Source: Haliotis rufescens (taxonomy: Eukaryota). From it: DNA of 64,000 nt. A program made the position numbers and the translations under genes. Shown in pieces: positions 62,968-64,000 of this stretch. The stretch lies in the NCBI RefSeq assembly GCF_023055435.1, contig NW_025963890.1, forward strand, positions 59,210,001 through 59,274,000, in the 5' to 3' direction. The notes beneath the pieces were generated by a model, which did no database searches, was not told the origin of the DNA, and saw nothing but the letters and a program-made list of their open reading frames with translations. Position 1 is the stretch's first letter, and every line of letters begins with the position of its first letter.

Positions 62968-63275
62968 CTGCTCCATATAAAGTGGTGTAAATGTTATGTT
63001 GTTGAAAATAACAACACAATCTTTGGTTATTCTTCTGATCAATGTTTGACCACGACAAAATTATTGAAAAACCCCAACCTGGTAACAGGAGACAGAGAGA
63101 CACACCCTAAAAGAGGGATGGTGTAACAACCACCAGTGTCATTATCGGGTCTAACCACCATTTGCGTTGATACTGACGAGGTAGCGGTGGCACATTGAAG
63201 GCAGCAAGGTAATTGAAAACAGACTGGGGATGTTGTTCCAAGTGTCAAGCAAAAATTGGACTAACTGAGTTAGAG

Positions 63276-64000
63276 TTACCGGCTGGCTCTGGTCCTGTCG
63301 TAGGTGTCCTGCGCCCTCATCCTATGTTCCATAGGCGAGAGGTATGGAGAAACAGCCGGCCATGGCAGTACAGCAATGTTATGCTGCCTCAAAATGTCTG
63401 TTGCAACACATGCAACATGTGGACGGGCATTATCCTGCTGCGCCGTGACGTTACGTCCCTGCATTTGCATAGAACATGATCAGGAACGATACCGTCCCGG
63501 TAGCGTACACCATTCAAATTGCCATTAACAAAGATGAGTTGTGTTCTTACATGAGTTGTGATACCACCCCATACCATTACTCTTCCACCCCAAAACTGAC
63601 GACGTTGAGTAACGCAAGCGTTGTTTAATCGTTCTTCTGGACGCCTGTAGTGCCTTGCACGGCCACCAAATGCTCTCTTCACCAAGTTACATGTGTCTGG
63701 CATTGACGTGGAAGGAAATGGCCGACGTCGAGGCCGGATGTTGTGTTCCCTCAACCGGATGTGAACAGTTCTGCTACTAATTTGATTCGACAAATGAATT
63801 GAGAAGTTAATGTGGCAGTTTGGTATCGATTCCGTAGAAGGGAAGTCAAACATGGACGGCTTTCTCGTAACAAATCATGAGTGTTGCACTGCTGAAGATG
63901 ACATATTCAAAGAGATGATATTGTGTTTGGATGAACATTAAGCTGTCTGTCAACTTTGTTTTGCGCCATTCCTGTTTGCAGCATTACCATGTCGCGTAGA
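63276..64000 (-). mobile_element. Decayed Tc1 (DD34E-type) transposase, running off the window end
   Basis: ISSRTVHIRLRE...GGRVMVWGGI...GNLNGVRYRD...QQDNARPH...VLPWPAVSPYLSPMEH with frameshifts. Confidence 0.85.

Overview
AT-rich animal genomic DNA with spliceosomal introns, most likely a gastropod mollusc. An abalone-like origin is inferred only from the SINE families with (CACT)n tails and the PAN/EGF/fibrinogen gene. The core of the window is a minus-strand head-to-tail array at about 15.7-50.1 kb. It holds four intact paralogues, one pseudogene, a sixth exon remnant and an orphan promoter of one 5-exon gene (one non-coding exon plus four coding exons, all phase-0 introns). The gene encodes a 462-aa intracellular protein: MIDAS-type vWA domain (DTTGSM), a Lys/Pro/Thr-rich basic linker, and a C-terminal domain that appears to be a catalytically degenerate GIY-YIG domain of the plant EFFECTOR OF TRANSCRIPTION/HRT type. 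Each intact copy has a TATA+Inr core promoter and a composite CRE + STAT/GAS-like element about 400-430 bp upstream. Paralogue differences cluster in the MIDAS-face loops. Together this suggests an inducible, diversifying, possibly immune-related vWA/nucleic-acid-binding family (inference). Also present: a 47-bp satellite with higher-order structure, a decayed plus-strand multi-exon low-complexity gene (3-12 kb), a decayed Sailor-like (about DD83E) IS630-Tc1-mariner element with long inverted repeats, three SINE-like families, hairpin elements/MITEs, a Penelope-type minimal hammerhead-like motif, a 60-bp minisatellite, LINE and Tc1 remnants, and an intact 3-exon secreted PAN-like/EGF/fibrinogen-related gene (54185-59456, minus). 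All gene models and domain calls were made by eye, with no database searches.
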